Positions 38,337 to 50,415 of a stretch of 64,000 nucleotides of DNA are shown piece by piece; the first letter of the stretch is position 1, and every line of letters starts with the position of its first letter. The stretch comes from Podarcis melisellensis. Its lineage: Eukaryota. Both the position numbers and the translations under genes were made by a program. Location: the NCBI GenBank assembly GCA_964234715.1, contig OZ174282.1. One strand, 5' to 3'. Under the pieces are notes generated by a model, which searched no databases, was not told where the DNA came from, and was given only the letters and a program-made list of their open reading frames with translations.

Positions 38337-41300
38337 AAAATTGAGAGGTGGGAGATCAGAAAGCAATTAATAGCAAGGGAGTTGGGTAAAGATCAATGAC
38401 ATTCTAAACTGCTCTCATTACTAATAATTAGAAAGAGTTGGCTAAGCTTTCAACAGCATTAAGAATAAAAGAAACTGTCTTAAACTGAGCCAGACTATGG
38501 TCCATCTAGCCCAGTATTGGCCTGTATTCAGCTTAAGTTTTACTCAAAATAGACCCATTGGAATTGATGGTGATGAAGATGGTGAATGAATAAACCTAAG
38601 TTAGTCCTGTTCATTCATTTCAAAGTGTTTGCTTTGAGTAGGCTGACACTCCATTGCCTCTGCACTGACTGGGTTTCAGACAGGAGTCTCTCCCAGTGCT
38701 ACCTGGAGATGCCCAGTTGTTCTACCACTGAGCCACAGCCCTTCCCCTTCCATGTTCTAGTGATGGACTCTGGCAGAAATAAGTCTCCACTTTTAGAGAG
38801 GTTGGAGAGAATATATATTGATCTTTTCCCCAGCTGTTGGATTCTGCGCAAGCATCCTTTGTGCCCTAAATTCAGAGCAGCCACTTAATAGCATCCCAGT
38901 TTGAAAATAGGCTTTATAGTCTCAAGTCAAAACGTAGCGGTTCCATCTGGATTGGGTGCCCATGAGACAGAAGTTGCTTTTTCATCCAGACAGAGTGTTG
39001 TCGCGGCATGGAGCAAGGTCTGGAGAAGTGCCAACATGGGTGCCAAGGAGAAGGATGGCAGGCACTGGGCTTAAAGCACAGGCTCTGTGCTCAGGAGGCC
39101 AAGTGCTCCTGCTGTGGCTGCTACAGAATAGCTGTGGATGGGCCATTTCACTGCTAGAAACAACCACCACCTTTTTTTCCTGCTGGGGCTCCTGTACTAC
39201 ATATATGATGCTTTATGACAAGCAAAAACTCAGCGGAAGAAACTTTAAGCATAGATCATGCAACAACAGGATGTCATTCACCTGTTGATTTTCTGCAGGA
39301 CATGTAGTTGCCAAATGCACAGGCCATGTGTGTTGGGTGTTATATAATGGTGCAGATGACCTTACAGCCTGGTTCACAGTGTCTCAGGCTCTGTTCACGG
39401 CATAAGGTCTTTCTACGGGGCCAGATGTTTTTGTTTTCCTGCTTTTTAGATACTGGCGGTGCTCTGTTTGCATGTGAACCAATCTCGAAGGTTCCATGAA
39501 ACTATGGGTTACATGTGACGAAGTGGACCTGTTGAAATCAGTGTGCATCCCTAATGTAAGTCAGCTGATATCAATGGGACCCCTCTGAGTATAGTGTAGC
39601 TGGATACAGCCCTATGGGATCATATCCCTCCTTTAACCTCACTTTCAGTGGGGAAATAAATTCTCTTTGTGGTGAACAGGGGCACTCCAAGGTGAAGTGT
39701 GCCTCTCATAGCATCCAAGTGAGCTCAAGGAACTCTTCTTTAAAGATGTCTGTGGTTGTGATCTCTCATGAGTTTCAAATCCCTTTGCATGGAATATAGT
39801 AAAATGATTTTGGCTCTGATCCAACAAGATGGTTGCGCTGAACTCTGTTGGAATTTGGCAATTGCTCCAGAGCAAGGGTGGCGCTGATTCTGCAAGAACC
39901 AACTTGCAACTGAAAGGCCCCAGGCTCCCTCCAATGGAAGAAGAGAACAACTGCAACTGCTTTGAGGTTTTCCTTTCGGGCTTCTTCTATTCAAGCACCA
40001 CCCCAGCCTCATACCAGGAACTCTCAAGTGTTGAATTGATGCTCTGTGGTTAGACAAGCCCCAAAGAATGTGCTGATTGAATACCATGAGCACACCAGGG
40101 AACAGAACTTTACTTGGCAATCTGGCAGCAATGCTGGGGGAGGCTGAAGCCTGCAAACAGACGTCTCTTCGGTGCTGATTCAACACAGTGACTAAATGAG
40201 CTATTCCCAGGCAGCCAGTTGCATTCTCTTCTCCTATTATGCAAAGAGACTTTACAGCAATGCCCAGTTACAATGCTACAATGCAGTGCCTCCCAACCCC
40301 TTTTTACTCTGGGGGTTTGCCATGCAGCAAAGGAGCAATGCCTTGCCAGGCTCCCATCCAAATGCCACCTCCTCCTGAATAATTAGCAATGCCAAAAGGC
40401 CTTGCTCAGCCAGCAGTCACTAGCTGAGTACCATTTAACTCACAAGAACCCCATATTTGTTCCTATTTCCTATTGGTGCAATCCTAACTGTGCCTCCACA
40501 GAAGTCCTACTGAATTTAGTTGGGCTTACACCCAGGTAAGTAGGGTTAGGAAGATGCTAACTGCTTCAGCAGTGGTATCCATTTATAGAAGGGGGGCAAT
40601 TTCCAGCTGTAATCCTATACGAAGCAGTCACCAGACCAATATTTGCGTACAAGTATAATAAGAAGTTCAGAACAGCCTGGAGGCTGGATCAGGCCAGTGG
40701 CCCATCTAGTACAGCATCCTGTTCTCACAGTGGCCAACCAGATACCTGTGGGAAGCCTGCAAGCAGGACCTGAGCATGGCAGCACATTTCCCACCTGTGG
40801 TTTCCAGCAACTGGTATTCAGAAGCATTACTGCCTCCAACCATCAGTGTTGGTAGCGGAGCTCACCGAAATATGCAGCTGAAGAGAATCATTTCAGCATT
40901 TTTAAATGCAACTATGGCTTGCCACTTCGAGGTGAAGCCTACAAGTGTATGGGCAGCAGCCAATCCTAGTTCTACTCAAGAGGAGATGCACTGAAGTTAA
41001 CAAATATGACAACCTAGGGCCATTTACTTCAATAGGTCTACTCTGAGCAGGACTTAGTTGGCCAACCCAATGCCTAGTGCTATCAGATGAAATAAGCAGC
41101 AGTCTTAGTACCAAAAAGACATGGAAGAATTGTGTTCTGATTTTCTGTGAATGGATGAAAAGGGGTGATGAATTTGATTGGAAAATTGGTGCTGGAGATG
41201 GGGGTGTTTAACGATTTCCCCACCACCATCATTTTCCTGTTCTAACTGCCTCCATGCCCAGCCACTAGCTCTGCTGTATTTCCCCAAGTGGGGCTAATAG

Positions 41301-42939
41301 CAGGTGTGTGTGGAGGGGTGGTGGATTAGATTGAGAACAAGCATACCCACACATGGAAATCACATGACAGGTCTCTTGGGCCATACCTATTTTGGTCCTA
41401 AGTGACAGTGGCAGGCATAAGGAACCAAGGGGTGGACAAAAAGTGCAGGTGGAAGAGAAGTGGGGGGGGGGGTTGGGGTGCAGGGACTGGAGATGGTAAG
41501 AGCACATTTCAAGACCATTTGCAAAGCTGCCTTTAAAAGTGAAAGTCCCTCATCTTGACATGGCAGCTGCACCAGACAAACCACGTGTTGCTATGAACAA
41601 ATGAAGGCAGGCTACCGCAGGCCTCTCAGAATATCCGTAACAGCTGCTTTGTATACCTCAAGAATATGCGCCAAGAATGCTCCACTCCTTAGGACATGTG
41701 CAAACCCTAAGAAAAGGTTCTTGTTGTCTTTGCTGCAAACGGCTGTGTTTAACAGGGGAGATGCTCAGGTGGGCAACCCCTTGAACCCAGATCCCTGCAG
41801 CTGAAAGCCCACTGCTTTTGAAGCCCATGTGCTGGCTTGAAGTCTCCCTGAACAAACTGTTTGAATACTTTTAGAATGCCAGTTTCCATGGCAACAACCA
41901 ATTGTGTCCTTTGCAGAGTTTGGGTCTATAAATAATTTTTTTTTTGATCCAGAGTTGCGATATTAGCTGCGTGGGAACAAAGGAGGAAATGGGGGCGCTG
42001 AAGAGAATATATGCAGGAACATATATTTCCAACCTGTGCTGCACTCCTTGCCCTCATTGCAACAAAGAGTTCAAGGGATCTCCCTTTGTCTTGCTGAGGC
42101 TTAGAAATAACTTGGTACATGACAGAAAACTGCCTCCTGAAGATCTTTCATATGGAATGTGGTTACCAGTGGAAAACACAGCTTGCTGTAAAGCGAAGCC
42201 ATCACTCTCAGGTTATGCAACCTGAAATGGATGCCCGCCTTCACCAACTGGGTGTCCTCCAGATGTTTTGGACTACAACTCCCATCAGCTGGTGCTCTTA
42301 ATGCCCCTTGTTTGCCTTGTTGGGGAGGTGTGTGCAAGTGTAGAACTGCATCTTGCATTGCAATTCTTGACGTATTCATTGGATATCTGTTCAAAGGGGA
42401 CTTAAGCCTTAAAGTCATTCCAAGAATATCAGAAGAGCCCTGCTGGGTCATACCAAAGGCCTCTCTCATCCAGCATTCTGTTTGCATGGTGGACTAGCAG
42501 ATGTTAGAAGGCCACACAATTGTTTCCGTAATGAAGTGACCAAACCTGTTGTGTCATGTTTTAAACAGAGAAACTAGCCCATAGACAAGTTTGCAGTTCA
42601 GGTAACCAGAAGTGTCTCAGGAGTTTCACTCCAAACATACACAGTTGCTGGACTAGAGTAGCAGATGCCCACATGAAAGGCTGTATGACAAGCTTTGGCA
42701 ACTTTTTGCAGATGTATGAGCGTGCTCACGTACCTACATTGCGCTCTGCAATGATATCACACACACACACAAATATTGTGCATCTTCATATGCATTACAG
42801 TTACTGTAATCACCAAACAGAAATTTTTTTTAAAAATGGATTTCACTCTGTAACTATATGCATCTTCACCTTTTATTTAAGCACTTGACTAAATATATAG
42901 CATTTTCTTCCAAGTTTAGTTTTCTGCTATCCCAGTATG

Positions 42940-43086
42940 CAGTGCTTTTTTCTAAAAAAAAATGTTCAGGGGTATTCTCATTTTCCTACTCATATTGAAA
43001 TACTGCCCCTCAATGAGGCCAAACTTATATTCACAAAATGCTTAGGGGTATGTGTACCCCTGTGTTCCCCCAGAAAAAAAGCACTG
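42940..43086. mobile_element. hAT MITE
   Basis: TIRs CAGTGCTTTTTT / AAAAAAGCACTG; exact 8-bp TSD CCAGTATG. Confidence 0.88.
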
Positions 43087-43555
43087 CCAGTATGGATAGA
43101 AAGCACCGAAGTAGGGGATTGTGGAGCGCTACTATAAAACTTCCACTAGATGGCATTATCGTGTTCTGAAGGAACTACCGGTAACATAGACTTGCATTCC
43201 TCCTGAGCTGTTTAGCCTTAACCTGTTGTTGTTGTTGTTGTTGTTGTTTATACATTAATGGCATATATGGACATAAGCAGAGCTCTGCTGGATAAAACCA
43301 AATTGGGCACTTTTAGCCTAGGATCCTGTTTCTACCAGTACCTCCAGGAAGCCCACAAGTAGGGCATGAAGGAAAGAACCTTCACTTGCTGCTGCTGCTG
43401 CTGTCCCTGATCTAACCTGAGAGAATGCACTGCATGAAGCTGAATCCTAACAGACAAAATAGGAAATAGGACATTAGCACTAAAGGCCCCATCTTAAATC
43501 AAGTTTTCTGTGTTTGATTTCACTGTCAGCTATTAACTAAAACATTTATACTAAT

Positions 43556-43788
43556 TAGGGTTGGCATACGTCCAGATTTTCCAAGACATACCCAGAATAC
43601 TGCAGTCGGCAGCAGTGTCTGGGCAGAAATCAGGCAAATGTCTGGGAAAATCTGGAGATATGGAAGCTGTTTTTGCCAGTTTCCCATAAAAATAGCTCAA
43701 ATTAATTTATTTTTGCACCCCCCCCCCAAAAAAAAAGCTCAACAACTTTTCTGTCCAGATTTTCACACTTTGAAATATAGCAGCCCTA
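43556..43788. mobile_element. Probable hAT (Blackjack-like) MITE
   Basis: Ends TAGGGTTGGCATA / TATAGCAGCCCTA with subterminal TCCAGATTTT repeats. Confidence 0.55.
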
Positions 43789-44393
43789 ACTATCATTGGA
43801 TATGGCTGCAGTGGAAGGCTTAGATGGACCCAAACTCCTAGGGTATGAGCCTAGCAGCTGCTATTCCACGGCACACTGCCTCCATTTAGCTATCCTGCTT
43901 AACATAGAGGCTCACAGCTAATTTGCCTGCTCCATTAATTTGTCCAATTTCATGTTCAAGAAATGAAAACCAGTGGCCATCACTGTGCATGTCAACAACT
44001 GAAATATCACATATCATATTGATTCCTACAGGACACCACTGCTTATTGACCCTTTAATACACTACTGGGGGGAAGGAACAGTTTGTTTTGAGAGGAAACA
44101 CAAATGAAGGGGGAGGGGTACTGATCAGGATGTACCAGAGAATAAAGAATGTGCCAAAGGAATAGCTTAGAATGATTTTAGTCATTGACAGTAGTCTCCC
44201 TTTTTTAATATAAATATTTAAAACTGTGTTACTCTTTTTTCCCTTTTAAAATTTCTAACACACACCTGTCATACTTTGATGGTTCCCTGTGTTTCTGTTT
44301 CCTACAAGAGTTAGTCTTCTCAGCTGGCCACTTTCAGTCATGTGAGATTAGTCTGGAGAACATATGTGGGCAAAACCATCTTGCCCATATGTA

Positions 44394-44980
44394 CCGTATT
44401 TTTCGTCCCATAGGACGCTCCGTCCCATAGGACGCACCTAGTTTTTTGGGGGGGAAATAAAGGAATTTTTTTCCCCTTTATTTCCCCCCCAAAAGCAAGT
44501 CGGGGAAACCGAACCAGGTCGAGGAACAGCGGGATGGCGGCGCTGCGCCTCCCTGCTGTCCCCCGAGCTTGTGGGGCTGGCTGATGTCTGCCCAGCGCGA
44601 GGGGCGCTCTACTTCAGGGTGCCCCGCCCGCCGGGCGGCAGGCTGCTATCCGCAGCCTAGACATCCCTGCGGGACCTTCCGCAGGGCTGCCTAGGCTGCG
44701 GATGTGTTCCCGAAGCGCCGGGTGCTCTGCTTTCAGGGCGCCCGGCGCTCCGAGAAGCAAGCTACTATCCGCAGCCTAGACAGCCCTGCGGGAACTCCCG
44801 CAGGGCTGCCTAGGCTGCGGGTGCCTTCCTGAAGCTTGGAGAGTGAGAGGGGTTGGTGCGTACCGACCCCTCTCTCTCTCCAAGCTTCAGCGAGACCTGC
44901 ATTCGTCCCATAGGACGCACCCAGATTTCCCCTTCATTTTTGGAGGGGGAAAAGTGCGTCCTATAGGGCGAAAAATACGG
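44394..44980. mobile_element. Tc1/mariner-pogo-type MITE with GC-rich hairpin repeats
   Basis: TIRs CCGTATTTTTCG.CC.ATAGGACGC / GCGTCCTATAGGGCGAAAAATACGG; TA TSD. Confidence 0.88.
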
Positions 44981-44984
44981 TACA

Positions 44985-45470
44985 TAATCTTCCAACATTC
45001 AGCTTCATTACATGGCTCCACTGAGTTTTATCAGTAAATCTCTATCCACTTTCTTACACAATGCATAATTTTATATATCTCTTTGTGATTGCACCTTAGA
45101 TTAGTATAACGGTACTGTGTAATATTAGTGGTTTTATTTTCAGTTACTGTCTGAATTATCTCTAATGTGCAAAACATATTCTTATATATGCTTGGCAATT
45201 GTATAGTTACTAATGATTTCCACAAGTTTTTCCAGAACAGAGATACGCTAACCAACCTATAATTTTCCAGACGTCCTCTGGATTCCTCTTGAAAAGATGG
45301 TAATACACTGGCCACTTTCTAGGCCTCAGGTATGGAGGCTGATCTTAAAAACGAGTTACGTATTTTTGTTAGGAGAGCAGCAATTTCACACTTGTGTTCC
45401 TTCAGAACTTTTGGGTGGATGCCATCCAAACCCAGTGATTTGTCAGTTTTTAATTTGTCAACAAGGCCTA
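44985..45470 (-). mobile_element. CR1 ORF2 fragments
   Basis: Reverse translations DKLKTDKSLGLDGIHPKVLKE and SRGRLENYRLVS match CR1 ORF2 motifs (KSPGPDGIHPRVLKE, PGNYRPVS). Confidence 0.75.
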
Positions 45471-46057
45471 GAACAGGGTAGTCCAATGCCTTTTTTGTGG
45501 CCCTAAGCAAAATTACACACACACTAGCCCTTGCCTGCCTTCCAAAGTGGTAAGCAAGGCACTGTACTTTGGGAAGGTGTGAGGGCTCTGACAGTGTCCT
45601 AGAGTCCTCCTGTTTCTTCACAAAGCCTAGTTAGTGCTTTCCAGCTTTGGGAAGGAGATAGGAGGGCTCTAGGACCATGCCAGAGCCTTGCATTTTCTTC
45701 CCAAAGCCTGGCACCTTTGGGAAGACAGGAGGAGGGCTGGGGGCAACGGGTTCAGATTTTGGACTCCCCCCAATAAGGCAGTGTGTGGCATACAGATTTA
45801 ATAGATAATAATAATAATAATTACAATAATCTGCTGTGAAGAAAAATGCAAAAACAACATTCAACTTCTCTGCAAACTCCTTTAGGATTCCTTTGACTCC
45901 CTTATCATCCAAGGTTGAACCACCTCCTCAGCTGGTCACCTGCTACCAATGCATTTAAGGAGTTTTATTGCTGGTGTCCCTCCTCCAGAATTTGTATCCT
46001 GAAATAACTATGCCTCACTGGTTCCATTCCACCACATAAGTGGTATACCACATACAG

Positions 46058-46194
46058 CAGGCGTAAAGCAAACTCAGCCCTCCAGATGTTTTGAGACTAC
46101 AATTCCCATCATCCCTGACCACTGGTCCTGTTAGCTAGGGATGATGGGAGTTGTAGTGCCAAAACATCTGGAGGGACGAGTTTGCCTATGCCTG
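46058..46194. mobile_element. Palindromic ~135-bp hAT MITE (abundant family)
   Basis: Exact 8-bp TSD ACATACAG; core GACTACAATTCCCATCATCCC...GGGATGATGGGAGTTGTAGT. Related copies at ~1368-1504, 6294-6429, 16897-17035, 24074-24208, 30242-30373 and 55704-55841. Confidence 0.88.
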
Positions 46195-46222
46195 ACATAC
46201 AGTATAAGAATTAGGACATCTT

Positions 46223-46677
46223 GTTGTTGTTGTTTAGTCGTTTAGTCGTATCTGACTCTTCGTGACCCCATGGACCAGAGCATGCCAGGCACTCCTGTCT
46301 TCCACTACCTCCCGCAGTTTGGTCAAACTCATGCTGGTAGCTTCGAGAACACTGTCCAACCATCTTGTCCTCTGTTGTCCCCTTCTCCTTGTGCCCTCAA
46401 TCTTCCCCAACATCAGGGTGTTTTCCAGGGAGTCTTCTCTTCTCATGATGTGGCCAAAGTATTGGAGTCTCAGCTTCAGGATCTGTCCTTCCAGTGAGCA
46501 CTCAGGGCTGATTTCCTTCGGAATGGAGAGGTTTGATCTTCTTGCAGTTCATGGGACTCTCAAGAGTCTCCTCCAGCACCATAATTCAAAAGCATCAATT
46601 CTTCGGCCTCCTTCTTTATGGTCCAGCTCTCACTTCCATACATCACTACTGGGGAAACCATAGCCTTAACTATACCA
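46223..46677 (-). mobile_element. RTE-BovB LINE 3' end
   Basis: Reverse ORF MRREDSLENTLMLGKIEGTRRRGQQRTRWLDSV...AWHALVHGVTKSQIRLND is the BovB C-terminus. (CAA)n tail; TSD ACATCTT. Confidence 0.92.
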
Positions 46678-46849
46678 ACATCTTAGCCTGTTGTTAATCA
46701 AGCATCTATTTTGGCACAAGGGAAGTTTTTGTAGACTAGGTTGTGGAAGGCTAACATAGGCCTTTCTTTCCACCATGTTAAGGTGTAGGGTGGTCCATTG
46801 TGGACCCCAACTTCTTCATTTGCTCCCTCTTGTCCTCACTTCCTCAAGA

Positions 46850-48100
46850 CAGCCTCAAGACCCCTTCCCAACTGACCCAGTCACCGCAGCTGCCTTGGTT
46901 GCTAGGCAACCAGAGCATCTCTCGTCCCATCAACGAGCAACTTCCCCCTCCTCTCGCCCTATCGATTCAGGCTTTCCCTAGCCCCATCTCCCTGTTGCTA
47001 AGCAACCAGGGCCCTAGCCCCCTATTGGCCGAGGCGCTTCTTTCTACCCGCCATATCAAGGCAAAGGCAAGCACGTGCCCCAAACACGCGCAGAAACAGA
47101 CCCTCTACGGCCACGCCCCTCCAACAGAGCCTGGCCCAATCGCCACACGCTGAAGGGCGGGGCTTTGGGGGACGTGATTGACAGCCGCTGATGTTCGGCG
47201 GCACCGCGAGTGGTTCCCGTTAGGTGGGCGGTGAAGAGAGCTGAGAGAAAGCGACGGAGGGCAGCGGAGCTGAGGAGGGGGATGAAGGAAAGGGTGCAGA
47301 AGCTCAGACCAATCGCGACGCGTCAGTGGGAGGAGTGGGCGGGGCACCGAGCGCGAATGAGTCCCGGCCTCCTCCTCCTTTCCCAGCCGGCCTGGTCGAT
47401 TCACTTCCAGCCGAAGCGGGATCCTTCCGCCTTTGGAATCACACACACTCACCACACATAACGGCGGCGAAGGAGAAGGCGGCGGCAGCAGCACTAGCGG
47501 CAGCAGCAGCAGCACCGTGTGTGCCTCCGCCTATTGCCTACCGCGGGGGTTTCTTTTGTCGTGCTAGTGGCCGTTGGAACCGGAGAGGCGGGGGAGGAAA
47601 CGGCACGGCGGCCGGGCGAAGCGGGTGGATTGGCCGCCGGGGGGAGGAGGAGGAGGCGGCGGCTGACGGGAAAACAAGGGAAGAAAGGAGGAGGGCGGGT
47701 GAGGAGCGACGGCGGCGGGCTTTTCTCCTCCGCCCTGCCGGAGAGGGGGATGGAGAGAGCCGGGCTGAGTCGGAGGGAGGGAGCCGCCCCGTGAGGGGGA
47801 AAGGAGGAGGGTGGGAAATCAAGAGGAGGCCTCCACTCCTCATCCGCCAAATAACGGGCCTAGGCCCTCCCTCAGCTCCCTCCCTCCCCCTTGCCCCCCC
47901 CCATTTAGCCTCGGTTTCTGAGGAGGGGGGAGATTAACACGTGAGGCCCACCCGGTTGCCTACCCCTTCTTTTCATGCCGGGGGGGTACCTCAGCCCCTC
48001 GCCCGCCGCCCTCCTCCGCCCTTCCCCCAGCCTCGACCATCATCAGCCCGTTGAGGAAGACCCTCGCCCCTCCCCCACCTGATCAGGGCCCCCTTTGGCC
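46850..48100 (+). promoter_or_regulatory. CpG island / promoter and GC-rich 5' leader of ZCCHC14
   Basis: CpG-dense. Contains CCAAT boxes (~47024 reverse, ~47136, ~47309), GC boxes (~47156, ~47337), CACGTG (~47072), two RFX-type palindromes (46898-46910, 46994-47006) and a GCG/GCA run at ~47479-47514. Confidence 0.85.
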
Positions 48101-48293
48101 CTCCGATCGAGGCCTTCTGCTGGGGTCCTCACTGTTCTCTCCTCTCCCTCTCCCCCATTGGGGTGCTCTGATTTCGTGCTTGGCCCCATCTCTGAGGGTC
48201 CTCTACTTTTATCCGCTTTTGCAGCCTTGCAGAAGCTGCTCTGCCTCTGCCTCCCTCTCTCCCTCCCTTTTCAGGTCCTGCACCCTTCATTAA

Positions 48294-49247
<954 letters not shown>

Positions 49248-50351
49248 TAGCTGAGAAAGAGTGTCTTGCAGCTATGGTTTATGGTGGCTGTTGGCTAGTT
49301 TCACCAATGGGCCAGAAAGGTCATTTTTCTCCCTATCCCACTTCCCTTCTTCTCATCAGTAGAGTGTCAAACTCCATTCTCTTATGTGCATTCACACTCT
49401 CTTCTCCTAGGATGCTCTTTCTACACATCAATAGTTGGTGTTCTTTTTTAAACTCTAGTAAGATAGTCCCATGCCTAATGGTCAGAAGCTGCTTAGATGT
49501 GGGTCCTAAGTAAAACAATGGCCATTCTGTGAAGTGTATAGCTGTTTTGCACTGGCCATTCTTTAGATAGACCAAGAGAATAGCTTCCTGCTGTTTTACT
49601 CTGGAAAGGTAGAGACCTAAGTATTTGCTTTTTCAATTGTGCTTGAAATTGTTTATTTAATGATTTAAGATAGCTGAGTGAATTCTATGTGATTTGGAGC
49701 TACAGGTTAAAGTTACTTCCTGCAGGCATCCTTTATTAGTGTGCTGGTTTTGTAACTGTTATTTTGACACTTTCACATGTGTCTCTTGTGTAGCATCAGT
49801 AATGAGAGATGAGGCGTGAATGGTTTTACATTCCATGTAAGGTCCTGATAGAGTGGTATAATATAAAAGAGTTTTGAGACTTCTCAGAAGTGGTTGAAGG
49901 CAAGCTTTGCTTTTGTTACTGTGGCTTTGTAACGTAAACTTGACAGGTCAATACACTACATATGTTAAAAGTGAAGCTTTTTTAAGGATCTATCCTTTAG
50001 AACTTTCACTGTGAAAAAACTGTTCTGGTTCAGGGGTTCTGACACAAACTGGTCCATTCTGAGACTGATAGGTCTGTGAATGGAAGCATCTATCTGATAG
50101 CTAATATTTACTTTGCTAGAACATTGCTTTCCGTGTGTGTCTAAGAGAGAGAGACATGCTTTTTGGTTGGTATATAAAAACAGTGAAATGTGTTGTTTTG
50201 TGAATTTTGATAGTTCCAAGTCTCCGTATATTTAAGAAACGTAAACTCTAATCTATCCTTACTGCAAACTTTTTTTTTAATTATTCTTTGTTTCAAAGAA
50301 TAAAGCTTCATTTATTGGAATAAACTGACATTTTTAGACCAGCTACAGGTA

Positions 50352-50415
50352 GCGCGTGTGTGTGTGTGTGTGTGCACTCTCTCTCTCTCTACATACACAC
50401 ACACACACACACACA
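50352..50415 (+). repeat. Compound (GT)n(CT)n(AC)n microsatellite
   Basis: Seen directly; the GT and AC arms are mutually complementary. Confidence 0.92.

Noticed and set aside
37914-38399. ORFs containing X runs
   Set aside because: Artefacts of the N gap.
43387-43403. Short (CTG)n run as an HDL2 repeat orthologue
   Set aside because: Intergenic, inside a CR1-tail remnant, on the wrong side of exon 1.
47105-47937. 203-aa Ala/Gly/Arg-rich ORF and neighbours
   Set aside because: Typical stop-poor CpG-island frames with non-ATG starts; not joined to the ZCCHC14 CDS.
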